Source: Vitrella brassicaformis CCMP3155 (Eukaryota; Protista; Chromerida). Taken from it: a stretch of DNA of 64,000 bases. Positions 48,406 through 60,971 of this stretch are shown piece after piece; the stretch's first letter is position 1; every line of letters starts with the position of its first letter. The stretch spans positions 112,044-176,043 of the forward strand of contig CDMY01000185.1 of assembly GCA_001179505.1 (NCBI GenBank). Direction: 5' to 3'. The position numbers and the translations under genes are program-made. Under the pieces are notes generated by a model that had not been told where the DNA came from, made no database searches, and saw only the letters and a list, made by a program, of their open reading frames with translations.

Positions 48406-50856
48406 TGCGTGTGTACTTCGTTTCCTCCTTGCGTGGACATAGTCGAGCCCGACGCCGTACTTCTCCACCAGCTTCTTCTGGATCTCCTCAGCCTGAGGAG
48501 ATATGACAACCGGTACCCCTCATGTGCTGCATGTGGCTGCATGTGGCTGTATGTCCGTGTGTGTGGACAGTACAGTACTCACGTCAGCGTCGTTTTTCTG
48601 TATGAAGTCGTTGATGTACTCGTCGTTGAAACACGACCTGTCCTCCGTCTCAAAGAAGTTCTGCAGCCGACGGCGCAGCACTGAAGCGGAGAGCATCCAA
48701 CAGACAGACACACAGACGGACGAGCTGGTGCGGCTGCGCGAGTGAGAGAGTATGTTGTGTTGTGCTTGTCTCCCTTGTGTGTGCACTGTAAGTACCGTCG
48801 ATTTGCTCCTCCCTGAGGTTGGAGAGGCCGACGCCATAGCGACTGACCAGCTCATCTTCCAGCTCCTGCTCATCGACAGGTGAGCGCAGCGCATTTCTGG
48901 CCTATGTGTGTGTGTGTGTGTCAGTTGCTGACCGACCCTTTCTCTGCCAATATACAGATTAGCGATCCTGTCGACTTGGCAAAGCATCACGGGATTGTGC
49001 AGCTCGTAGAACTCCTTCAGACGCTTCTGACCCACACAATCCATGTCACAATCCACACAATCCACACCTCCACTGCCTGGCGTCGACCGATATGTGTATG
49101 TGTCTCGCTTCGCTTCGCTTGCCTGAATGATCTTCATCTGGTCGAGCTGCCTGCCGAATGCGCACACGCCGATGCTGACTTCGACTCGGCTGGGCAGCCT
49201 CACGTTGAGGTCGACGCCCCAGACGAAGGGCCGAGAGCCAAAGTTGATTTCGAGCTCACCGCTGCCGCACATGCCTATCGTGAAGTACATCGACGGGCCC
49301 GTGAAGGACAAGAGCACCTGACACACACACAGGGAGAGAGTGAGGGAGACATGATGATTTATCGGCGTGTGTGGTTGTGGTGTGTCAGTTCGACCTCCTG
49401 GACGCTGACTTCCTCGACCAGTCTGCCGTTGATGACGAAGCCGACCGACCCGCCGTGGCGGTTGACGAGCATGCCCAGCACATCGCCCTCGTGCAGCGAC
49501 ACGCCACGCTCGTAGCGCGCGTAGCCGTCGGTATCGTAGTAGAATATGTGCCCAGACGAAAGATACCTATGGAGAGAAAGAGAGAGACACGAGATGACAT
49601 ACTGACGTGCCTGAGGGTGTGGGTGGCGGGATTGACCCGATGGACGACTTGAGGAACCCCGGGAAGTTGAAGATGGGGTATGGTTTGGTGGCCATGCCCA
49701 CACACAGCATCGCCTCAGTCGGCGGGCTCGATATCGCGTCAATCTCAACCTCACAGTAGCACACAGCCTGCACAACACACAAGCAAGCACAGCACATCCT
49801 TTAGCCACCCACCCACCCAATGCTTCCAAGCACTCGCCTCGCCTACCTGTGGAGGGAGCGGGAGGTTGCTCTGTGCACATCTTGGTCTGGGCGGCCCCAT
49901 GACACACGGCGGCAGCTGCACCGCACTCCTCTCAGTCGTCCCTGCCGTAGCTGCCGTCGCGCTTCTCGTTGGTCGGCCGACCGTCGACGTCGTGGCGTAC
50001 GGCGGATCCAACGGCCGATTCACCAGGTTACTCTTCTTCGGCAGCGGGCTCGCGGACGAGGGCGTCTTGACCGCAGGCATCTCGTCGACATCCTTCGGCT
50101 CATCTCGCTCGTTGGGGGTGCGGATGCTGGCTCTTTCGGAGCGGATTGACGGCGAGGAGGGGCCGACGGCTCCGCTGATGCTGCTGGTGTCGTTGCGGAC
50201 GCTTGCTCTCTCTGACCTGACGGACGGGGTGGCGGGGATGAAGGGCCGGTCGGAAGGAGTGGCCGGGACGGGTGGCTCCTCTGACTTGAGGGAGCGTCTT
50301 GACTGCTGTCTGCTGGCGGCGAGCATCTCGACGGCCCACAGGGCCGACTGTGTGAGGGTAGCCGAGGGCCACGGGTGGATGAAGGTGAGCTCTGTACCCC
50401 TTTCCCCGCCGATGATGATCTGGCTGTTGAGCAGGGCGGTCTCCTCGTCTCCCTCCACATGGATGTGCTCCATGCACCACGCCGCCGGCCCCTGGCTCTG
50501 GATGAATGCCCACGTCATGCCTGCACACCGACAAACACACAGACAATTCAATGCTGTCCCTCTTCTCCTTCTCTTCTTGTTTGTTTGTGTCGACCAGCGA
50601 AGGAGAAGGTCTCCTGTTCGTGCGTCGACAGCCAATCGCGGCCCCGCGCAATGAGACTTTTCGACCGGTAGAGGGCAGGGTTCACCTGTGGCTTGCCGCA
50701 TACCGCAGCCGGGCATAAGCAAGCCTTGAGGTCCTTGAGCAAAGTGCTCTCCTTGTTTGCCTCGTCGCCATTGGCCTGGTTTCTCTTTTTGACGAAGCCC
50801 CGCCGATGGACGGCCTTGCCGGAGGGATCGGCGGCAGGGGCTGGGATGGTCGCCAT
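46629..50856 (-). CDS. SPRY-domain protein (Ssh4/Ear1/RanBPM-like) with four helical repeats and long disordered regions (about 12 exons)
   Basis: YCEVEI...CVGMATKPYPIFNFPG..SSIGYLSSG...GDVLGML...VGFVING...EINFGSRPF is a SPRY pattern. The repeats include RLKEFYELHNP..VDRIANLYIGRE..LVSRYG and RKLLKVYKRHAPDKVHEVDKLITAYTG. Confidence 0.75.
47799..47899 (-). other. GC-AG intron in the SPRY gene
   Basis: ACAG|gcacgc...gtcag|GTGTG. An in-frame TGA follows, with no phase-1 GT before it. Confidence 0.8.
49027..49122 (-). other. Probable GC-AG intron in the SPRY gene (96 nt, stopless)
   Basis: ATTCAG|gcaagc...ggtcag|AAGCGT. The body is low-complexity intron-like sequence. Confidence 0.6.
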
Positions 50857-51081
50857 CTGAGTCCCATCTGAAGGCTGCCACATGGTGGATGGATGGTGCG
50901 AAAGTGAGATGACTGTCTGGGGGGCGAGGGGAGAGATCGCAACGGCACCATCGCCCCCAAGATGGCCCCTAAAGAGAGGCGCTTACAATCGTCCGTTCGT
51001 CCGTCCGTCGGGCTACAGATCAGATCTTGCCGACCTGTCGGCTGTCTACATCTTTATCTATTATGTCCACATGCAGTGAGG

Positions 51082-54000
51082 TCACTCGGTGATGATGAGG
51101 CGGTTGACGCCCTGCGCCTGGCCAGCCATGTCCATCACGGCACCTCCCCCCGCACCTGTGGCCATGAAACACAGGATGGTTGTCGGCTGGCGTTCGGCCT
51201 CTCTGTGCTGTGTGGGGTCTGTCCCTACGGAATGATTCTCCGGTGGTGCGCATACCGCCGGCCTCCTGGCCGGCCGTCTGAGACAGACAAGACAGACAGA
51301 CAGACAGTGCAGTGAAGTATATGCGTCTCTCTGTGTGTGCGGCCGCACCTTGAGCTTAACGTCCAGGAGCCGCTGCAGCACACTAAACATCTCCCGCTGC
51401 CGCGCATGACAGACAAGAGCACAAACCACACATACAGCGAATGTATGTGACACGGCGGCATTCCGGCCGTCTGTCCGTATGTTGTGTTCCACTCACCTGT
51501 TTCATGCGGGGCTCCTGGTTCTCCTTGACCTCCTTCTGCTGCTTCCGGAGGTCGCGGGAATGCAGATCTAGCTCGTTCAGCTGATTTGATTGATGCACAC
51601 ACAGAGCGGACGATTGATTAACCATTAATCATATGGTTGTGTATGTGTATGGGTGTGTGTGTATTGTTGATCATCGATGGACTGACTGACCTTGTTGGTG
51701 AGCAGAGCTGATAGTGTTGCAAATTCCTTGGAGTACCTGCCCTCGCCCCGCTGGTACTTGGCCTGTGTGACCACACAACACAGGTCCATCCATCCATCCA
51801 TATTACCCCGTGGGAGTGGCGTGTGTGCGTGCCTCCTTGTTGGCCCGCTCGAGCAGCGCCTCTGCCGTCTGGATATCCACGTTGTGCTGGTGGTAGCGGG
51901 ACTCTGCGTCGTCACACTCAGCCTCACACACACACACACACACGCTGGTCCCTCTTTCTGTGTGCTGCGTATCGGTGGGGGGAGGGGTGGGAGGGGGATA
52001 GATAACAGACCTACCTGCAGTGTTTCGACTTCATGCCTGAGGCGTGAGAGGTCTGAGTCGACGGCCAGCTGCACCGAGTTGTAGGCGCCCTTCTTCTCGT
52101 TGTACTTGGCCTCCAGCTCCTGGAACTGCGCTCGCACCTCACGCAAATTCTTGATCTGACACGAACGAAGGAGCACAAAATGACAGACATACTGATGCAG
52201 GCAGGCCGCGAAGGCGGGCTGCTGACGGGCTGCGACTTACCTGTGGTGCGAGCTGGTTCTTTTTGTCCTTGAGCTGGTTGGTGATCTCGGTCACGATGCG
52301 GCTGAGCTCGTCAAGCTGCACCTCTGCATGCCAGGGGGGGAAGGAAGGAAACAGACACAGTATGGATGACGATGACTGCAACTAACTCGCTGGATTCGAT
52401 TCGCGTCTTGGTGTACCTTTGGATTTGTCGACCTGCGCCTTGTGTGCCGATATCTCCTCCAGGCTCCTCTCGGTTGTCTGCACACACACACACACTCCCA
52501 TAACCGCAGGCTGTCGTCCTGCGCGTGTGGGATGCGCTGCGCTGCGCTTTACTTGGTAGCCCGCCACGCCCCGTTTGGCCTCCAACTCAGCTACAGTTTT
52601 CTGCCACACAGACAGACATATCCCATCACCAGCACCAACACCAGAACCACACACATCGTTGCCTCTGTGTGTTCGCCAAGCCACTCACCGCCAGTCGCTC
52701 ATCCCGCTGCTGCAGGATCTGCTCAGTGCGGGTCAACGTCTGAGATCACACACATCCAAACCGCTGTTTCTCTCATGCTCATGGTGTGCTGTGTGTGTAT
52801 GCAGCTGAGCAGGGCTGACCGCGACTTCCTGTCTGATTTCGTTGAGGTCGGCCTTCATTTCCTTGTACTTGGCGGTCTTCTCCCGCAGCTCAGCGGCGTA
52901 CTGCTTGAACTCGTCCTTGCGCAGGAACTTGTGGCCCCGCCGCTCCTCGTACTCGCGCTCCCTGTCACTCAGACGCTGAGACAACTCCGACCGCTCGTGC
53001 TCCTGGAGCGGAGCAGGCACACACAGGGGATAGTCCAACGGGCTGGGATGATTGATGGGAGTGTGGTACCGCGTCTTTGAGTTCTTTAAGTGCGATTTCT
53101 TTCTTTTTGCCGACGAGGTTGGCCTGCTGCTTGAAGACGGTGAGCTTGTCGTCAGTCTGATTGGCGTCCTGCAAGACGGGAAGGGCACACACACATAGAC
53201 GGACAGAGAGCGAGGGAGAGAGTGGGGTGTATGCAGGCGCTGCTGTCGTGTGTGTGTGTGCGTGTGTGTTTCAGTGTGTGTGTGACCTCTTCGAGTCTGT
53301 CCTCGAGTGTCTGTATCTCGTCGCGCAGTCCAGCCACCTGCGACTCCAAGTCACGAATCATCACCTGACACACGCACACACACACATACACACACACATA
53401 CACAACCAACGCTTGAGGCTGCCGGCGGCGGCTGTTTGTCCGCCGCGTTTGTCTTGGTCATACTTGTGACACGGGCGGCTCCGAAAGGGTGGCCTCCAGC
53501 TACATGCATCGCACAGAAAGATAAGACGACAACGAAAGATGGAGATGGCCGACCGTGGCCGATAGATAAATCAATCTTCTCCTCTTCTCTCTCTCCCTCC
53601 CTGGCACCCACCGTATGAAGCCTGTCTTTCTTCTCGTCCACCTCCCGTCGATATCTCTCGAGGTTCTCGCGGTTGCGATTCACCTCGTCACGCAACACCT
53701 TCAGCATCGTCTCTGAGACGTAGGCAGGCAGGCATGTGATTCGTGTGTTACAAGTCTTTTCTGGGGGCCAAACACCCACCCCACCTGCGCCAGCGTCTGA
53801 GTCCTTGATGGACGACTTCAGCTCAGCCAGACGCTGAGTCGACAACATATACTGCGGGACCAGCACACACACACACACACACAGACAGGCACAGGCACTC
53901 GGGGTCAGCCGTTGAGTAGAGCAGGCCATCGCACCCCACCCCACCTCACTCACCTGCTGCTCTGCCTGCTCCAGTTGGACACGCTGCTCACGGATCCTGC

Positions 54001-54721
54001 CGTTGCAGGGAGGGCAGACACAACACAAGGCGTGGACAAAGAGGACGGCCGTGCGAGTAGCATGTCATCTTAATATATTTGTTTCCTCACTTTTCGGCTA
54101 TTCTGGCCTCCTCCTCCTGTTCCTTCCGGAGGGAGCTCGTGACCTCCAGCAGCGCATCGAACCCCTCCTGACATACAGCGTGTTAAACACACATTAACGG
54201 GTTCCATCCCCCAGCCAATTTGACCGACCTTGTTCTGTGTCTTGCTCTGCAGGCTTGCGATCTTCTGCTGCAGCTGCTCCTTCTCGGCCTCCAGCTGCTG
54301 CAGCTCCTTGCGCAACTCGCTGGGGTTCGTGCTGCCACACATATCGCATGCGCCATCATGTCACGGGCGGCTGGATGGATGGATGGGCTTAAGGGCTTAT
54401 GTACCTGGTTTCCTTGGCCTGCTCGAGCGCCTGGTGGTTGCTCTTGAACTGTGCCTGGAGGCCCTTGTACTGCTGGTACATCTCCATCATCGCTGGATGA
54501 ACATAACATAGTGTTCGCACACACAAAGAGGGATTTGTGTTGGTCGGTCGGCTGGCGTGTTGTGTGTTGCCCGACTGACCGACTGACTGACTGACTGACT
54601 GACTGACTGAGCTACCTTCGTCCCCGAGGAACTCTGGCGGCACGTCGATCGGCACCAGGTAATGGGCCAGATACGCCCTGACACGATGGCCACACGCAGA
54701 GCCATATCTCTCCACGCCTGC

Positions 54722-54755
<34 letters not shown>

Positions 54756-55314
54756 ACGCCTCTATCTCTCATCGAGACTGACCTCTTTCGCAGCCGCTCC
54801 AGGTCGCTGAGCAGCCAGTGGATGATGGGATACAACGTCCGCTTGTCGCCCGCAACGAAGCTCTTCTGAAACTCCCTGCCAGACAACATAGCTCACACAG
54901 ACAACAGACAAGAGGCGGCATACATCTTCTCCGCGTGTCCTGCTGACTTCTCCCTCACTCATCGTAGTTGGCTTTGCATCCGATGACATGCAGGAAGCCG
55001 GCCATGCGCACGTACATGTTGTCCTGGTTCTCCTCACGCACATCCACCTCGTGCTTCTTGCCGTCCAGATGAACCAGGATCGCATTCAGGGTCTCCAGCA
55101 GCTCAATGCTGACACACATCAGGCAACCACACCCAGGTAGTCAGATCCGTGTCATCGTTGCCATGATTGAGGCATGGGATCTATGGATCTGTGTGTGTCT
55201 TTGTGTTTGTATGTGTGCTTACGGCTGTTTCTCGTCGAATGTGACGAGGGTGAGGTTCATGTGGAAGGGCTCGGCGTTGAGATGGTCCACTATCTCCTTG
55301 AGCAGCGTCGCCAT
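51082..55314 (-). CDS. IFT81: Intraflagellar transport protein 81 (about 22 exons)
   Basis: IVDHLNAEPFHMNLTLVTFDEKQP|IELLETLNAIL, GDKRTLYPIIHWLL..LRKRAYLAHYLVPIDVP (NN-CH domain), long coiled coils and C-terminal NRLII. Confidence 0.96.
51763..51832 (-). other. GC-AG intron in IFT81
   Basis: AAGGAG|gcacgc...cacag|GCCAAG. An in-frame TAA follows, with no phase-0 GT before it. Confidence 0.85.
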
Positions 55315-55763
55315 GAGGGAGAGGGGGTGATGGGTCACGGGCGGCCAATATAAGAATCAAGATGAATCAATCTTGCTCACAGAGATGCGAAGCACGGCCG
55401 CAGCTTAGATGAATAGTAGATGCAGCCGCAGCAGCGGTCGCACTTTCGTAGGGTTGCAGGGTATGAAACCCTGATGGCTGTGAAATTTGGTGGCGCCAAG
55501 ACGGCTGGCGCAGCCCAGACAAGCAACGCGCTACCACCTGACGTTTCGACCGCGTCGTGACGATTTCTCAGCCTTTCGCCGCTTCATCCTGCTCTTCCAT
55601 GGCTGCTCTTTTTGGTCACAACTTGGTCATCACGAGAACACAAAACAGCATACATCAGATTCTCCTCTTGCCATCAGCGATGGAGCAGGCCAATTGATTG
55701 ATCAGCCCGGCGCTGCATGCTCGACGCCCTGACGTGGTATTAGCTAACTGTGGAGCGTCAGCC

Positions 55764-55971
55764 ATGCAGGACAGCGGCCCTGTCGATGCGTCAGGCCATG
55801 ACGCACACGTGAAACAGCGTGATGAAGCAGCGGACGTACCCAATGCGCAGGCGGCAGCGGCTGAGGCCAGTCCGAGCAGCAACAGGTCCCCACCTTTGGG
55901 GCTGTCACCCACGCTCGCCGCAGCCCCAGCCCCGACTCCCACACAACCTGGAGCAGCACATGCAGCGCCAC

Positions 55972-56003
<32 letters not shown>

Positions 56004-56410
56004 CAACCACCATGTCTGGCTTGGTACAATCGGCCGGAGCGACTGCAGCCGAAGAGGAAAAGGAAGAGCCAGAAAGATGACGAGCCTATCAAAGAGAAGG
56101 AGAGAGAGGACGTGCCACCGTCCAAGCGTCCGCGGCCGCCTCCTGCTGCTTCTTCTTCTGATGAGGCTGCTTCTGCCGCGGCCATCGATGTGAGCCATAC
56201 CGATGCTGCTATGTCAGCTGCAGCTGCCGAGCAGATCTCACTCGATGCTGCAGCTGAGAAACCGGCACAAGAGGCGGAGCAGCTGGTGGGTGATGTGACG
56301 ATGGAGCAGGCAGGTCAGGCGGATCTGCTGAAGATGCCAACCCCGCGGCTCACCCCCCCCCCCCGTGACGCCATCGCCCGAGGCTGTTGATGACGCAGCC
56401 AAAGCCATAG

Positions 56411-56441
<31 letters not shown>

Positions 56442-59400
56442 AGGTCAGGGAGCTGCAGCGGCAGCTGCCGGACCATTGCCACCATCGGCAGCAGCAGCAG
56501 CAGCAGCAGGTGCAGGAGCGTCCCCGTCACCCTCTCGTCAGGCGAGGGCGCCGACGTCGCTTCGCATGAGAGGCATTGCATCGCAGCAGCTACAGGGAGG
56601 TACGCACCCACCCAGGGAAACTCAGTGCATGTGCTGCCTCATGCATCTGCATATGTGTGTGTGTGTGTGTGTCTGTAGTGTCTGCAGGTCAGGATGAGAG
56701 CGCTGGCCCTGAGCTCGACGAGAGCGCGGCACTTCTTGAGGGGTTTCGGCAGCTGCAGCAGCGAGGCGCGCGCTCTCGCATGATAGGGTGGAACGTCGAG
56801 GATGGCTTCTCTGTCCACTTCTCGTCCCCTCCCGGTGCCGCACAGCGCTTCTCGCGGCGGCTGGTCATCCGCTGTCGCGATAGGCGACCGGAGTCAATCT
56901 CGCTGGCTCTCGACAGGGCCATCTTGTGTCGGACTACCATCGAGGGGTGTGCGAGGGCACTTGGGGGCGGGCCTGAGGACGGCGCTGCGGTGGACATGGG
57001 GGTGCGTCTTTGGGAGGCGAATCTGCGCGTGTCGGACGCCGAGAGCTACGCGGCAGGTGAGGATGGATGGATGGATGGACAGACGCATGCAAGCTTGGTG
57101 GGGTGGGTCCTTTCACTCATTTCTCGATGTCTGTGATGCGTGCGTCTTGTGTGTCGTATCAGTGCTCAACAGGGAGCCCTCTGCCCCTTTGACCCCCGAG
57201 GAGGCCGTCGCTTACGTCCGCTGCAAGGTCGCCCTCCAAAAAGACCCGCCCGTCACCCACATCGCCGCATCCCCAGACGCGCAAGGCTTCACCGTGTGCT
57301 TCCACCCGCCCCCCCACATCCCCCTCCCCGTTGAGCCAAACCTCCGGCGAGATGTCCTATTCGGCCGGCTCTTTCGCATTGTCAAGCGCACCCGCAGCGA
57401 CATCGATGACCAAATGGAGATGGCCGTCGACTTCCGCAACAGAGCGGGCGCCAAGCACAGCGAGCTGCTGGGCGGGTACGCCGAAGGGCAGATGACCAGC
57501 CAGCAGTGGATGACCGTCAAGGAGCAGCTGGAGCAGGCCTTCCAGCTACAGAGGCAGCCCCAGCCGAAGGAGAAGGCACGGGCCAAGAGGGGAGGCAGGG
57601 GAAGAGGCAACGGTGACCGTGGTGGGCGTGTAGCGGGGGCCAATGGGGCGGGCAGAGGCAGGGGCCGCCGTGCTGGACCAGGCCCGGCGCAGCAAGCAAC
57701 GGAGATGATGGGACACATGGATGAGGGCGGCCCCCCCACACCAGCACCCCCACACCCACCTCCCATGACAGTCGACCCACAGCCGCCAGCCACAGACACG
57801 CAGGACATCGCCATGGCGGCCGGGCAGAACGCTGCGGCCGAACAACAGAGTAGCGGCGAGATGGATCCCATCCATCCGGAGTCGGCTCCAGCGGCCGCTG
57901 CTGGTGCTGGTGCTGGTGCTAGTGGTGGTGGTGGTGGTGATGGTGGCTGTGAGAGGGAGGGAGAAGGGCAGGCCAAGAAGGCCAAGCTGCCAAATGCGAG
58001 GAGCGGGGCTGCGGCAGACGAGCCAGAGGTGCGCAGTCTCCTTCCCCCACTCTCCTTCCCTCTCGCCGCCCCTCCATCTCCAGACGATCCGTCTCGTGGG
58101 CTGGGCATCCGAAGGCTGCGGCCCCCCAACTCTGCCCGAGTGGATCTGGGACTCGGACGCCTAGAGTCGTCTGGGGGACAGCTGAAGCGTCAATCGACAA
58201 GAAAGAGCGACCAGCGGACAGCAAGGAGGCCATCGTCTCGCACACCCGATGCTGATGTCAAGGAGAAGACGAGCGGACACACAGAGAAGGGGAAGGGAGC
58301 AGCTGCTGCAGCGGCCAAGCCGGCCTCCCAGCCACCAGCACGAGCTGCGGGCCCTTCTATCCGTGAGCCTCAGGGGCGTCCATCTGGAGCCTTGTCTGTG
58401 GCCGATGGTGACCGTGCCCAGCACCACGGTGAGACAGGGAAGGGGGGCGGAGGCGGGAAGGAAGACGATGGGGCAAGCAAGACCAGCAAGCTGGTCTCTC
58501 GCGGTGGTGGTGGTGGTGCTCAGGCGGCTTCTTCGGTGCCGCCCGACGGTAAGTCCGTGAGGAGCAATGAGAGCAAGCGCCACGACATCCCCATCTTTCG
58601 GGCTGGGCTGGGTGGTGGGTTGGGTGGTGCGCGGCCGTCACGGTCACCCCGTCTTTCGCGGCGCGATGGCACCATCAAGGGGGAGCCACCACTGTCGCCC
58701 CGCAAAGGCCGTCCCCGCTCTGTCCGCTCTGTCTCGCCTTCATCAGCGTCCTTTTCGCCCGATGCATCAAGTACGAGCAGCCTGGGCCAGGGCAACAAGA
58801 GGAAGAGGGAGCGACCCAGGGCCACGCTGAGTGACGAGCAGCTGGCCGAGCTGACGATGGAGGTCGACGAAACTTTTCCGGAGGAGTACGAGAGGGAGGT
58901 GCGGGAGGAGGCCCCAGAAGGCATGTGCAACGTTGAGAGGCTTATTGGCGTCAGACCCTTCACACACAAGTCGGCAGGGGCGTCTTCAGGCCATCGATTC
59001 GACCCATCAGGTATGTAAGGAACGAACCCATCCGTGAGGTGTGTGTGTGTTTCCGTGTGTGTGTGTGTGTGTGCTCTGATGTTAACGAGGAGGGGCTGCC
59101 GAGGCGCTTCCGCTTCCACATCAAGTGGGAGGGGTTCGACAACGATGCCAAGAACAACAGATGGGGTAAGTGGACAAGGCAGGCTCCCTGGCCAACAGAC
59201 AGACAGACAGACAGATGGCAGGCTGACTGATGTGTGTGTGTGGGGATGTGTGTGTGGGGGGATGTGTGTGTGTGTCGTGCAGAGCCCATCTCAAGCTTCA
59301 ACCGTAGCAAAGGCTGGACAAAAGTAGCCGAGCAACTCAAGGTGAGTGCCGCGCCGTCCATCCATGTGTGTGGATGTATCCAGATGAGCACACTCAACAT

Positions 59401-60640
59401 ATCTCGGCCTCACTGATGTCCAGCTCTCTCTCTCTCTCTCTCTCTTGTTTCAGGAGAAGTGGTATCGCAGCGACTTTGCCCACAAGTGGCCGCAGATCTG
59501 TCGGCAGGTCTGCCCTGACCCACCACCACCACCAGCGGCTCATGAGCCCGGCCCACCTGCCCCCCTGCCAACGAGTGCACCGCTCGTCCCTCCCGTCCCC
59601 CCCGTCCCCCCATTCCCCGTTGAGCAGCAGCGAGAGGCAATCGTCATTGACGACGACCACCACCACCACCAGCAGCAGCAGCAGCAGAGGGAGGGAAGGC
59701 GCGTGCGGAACGGTGCTGGCGTCCAAGTCAAGGCTGAGGCTGGGGCAGCTACGGGTGGTGCTGGGGGTGGCAATCAGCAGGAAGGCGACCCCAACGCCAC
59801 AGCCCGCAGGCAGTCACCGACGGAGCAGAGTGCGGCTGCACGCAACGCGGCTCCATGTGAGGCATCTGTGAGACAGAGGCCGCCCCCCGACTCAGACAAC
59901 GAAAGGCCTATCAAGAAGTGCAAGACGTCCAGCAGACAGGAGGGTGGGGACGGCGGGGCTGGTGTATTCGCGACGCTGCTCCCTGGCGAGTTGCCTTTGG
60001 TCCGGAAGGGCGAGAGCTGCCTCGTGGATTGGGTCAAGGCCGCTTGTCCTCCAAGGTGAGAGGGACACACGCACACGTCACGACACACCGCAATCCATCC
60101 ATCGGCATGTCTGCTTATGTGTCGGTGTCCTCAGTCCTCCCGCCACACCCACGGGCAGCCCGCAGCTGAAGCGCCTCAGACGAAGCGACGCCACGATGGA
60201 AGTCCCATCGTCCGCTGCTGCCACCAAGTCGACTGCCCCATGCACACCAACAGGCCTTCTCACCCCCACACACAGCCGCGCCCAAGACGATCGCACAGCA
60301 GCAGCAGCAGCGGCAGCACAGGCAGCGTGTCAGCAAGCTGGTGGTGATGATGGTCTTGTTGATGATGACGTCATCATGGTGGGCGAGCGGAGAGAGTTGG
60401 AGGCAGCGGTGCGTCGGTTGGTGCCAGTGGTGGTGTGGGGAATATGGCGTGAGGCGGCCTACCGGTGCTGGTGGGCGATGGTGTGTGCGTGTGCGGGGTG
60501 GCTGGCGGCCCTGCTGCTGCTGCCCATCCGCTTTCGTGCCCACATCAGATGAGATCAGACGGGGTGGGTGGGATAGTTTGTCGTGTGTTGTGGGTTGGTG
60601 GCGGGGCGGTGTGGCGCGAGCAGGCTCGTGTGCATAGGTG
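55764..60640 (+). CDS. Large, mostly disordered protein with a chromodomain (3' end approximate)
   Basis: Spliced CNVERLIG...RFRFHIKWEGFDNDAKNNRW|EPISSF (about 58921-59300) matches the chromo consensus VExI..YLVKWxGY....TWEP. A/P/Q-rich flanks, NLS-like KRKRK, and a folded segment at about 56.8-57.5 kb. Confidence 0.65.
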
Positions 60641-60971
60641 GAATAGACAGACAGACAGACAGACAGAGAGACATTTAGCTGCAAGCGGGCAGGCAATGAG
60701 TCGTGGTTAGTAATAAGTGTGTGAGGGGGCGGATGGTGGACGGATGGACACACTGACTGCACCGGAGCAGACAAATATGGTATTGATGATACGTATACAC
60801 ACCCAACCCCCCACTCGAGTCCATCAGCGGCCGTGAGCGGCACACCAAATGCACTCACAGACAAAGACAAAGACAAAATCTCCACAATGCCTCTGCCAAC
60901 GAAGTACATGTAAGTACACCCACACCGCACCCACCCCAGCCGCCCAGCCACCAACAGACCCACAACTCACC

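Noticed and set aside
56313-56398. Apparent frameshift at a C12 run in the chromodomain gene
   Set aside because: A canonical intron GCAG|gtcagg...tgacgcag|CCAAA restores the frame with the C run inside it. A one-base homopolymer error would also explain it, so there is no evidence for programmed frameshifting.
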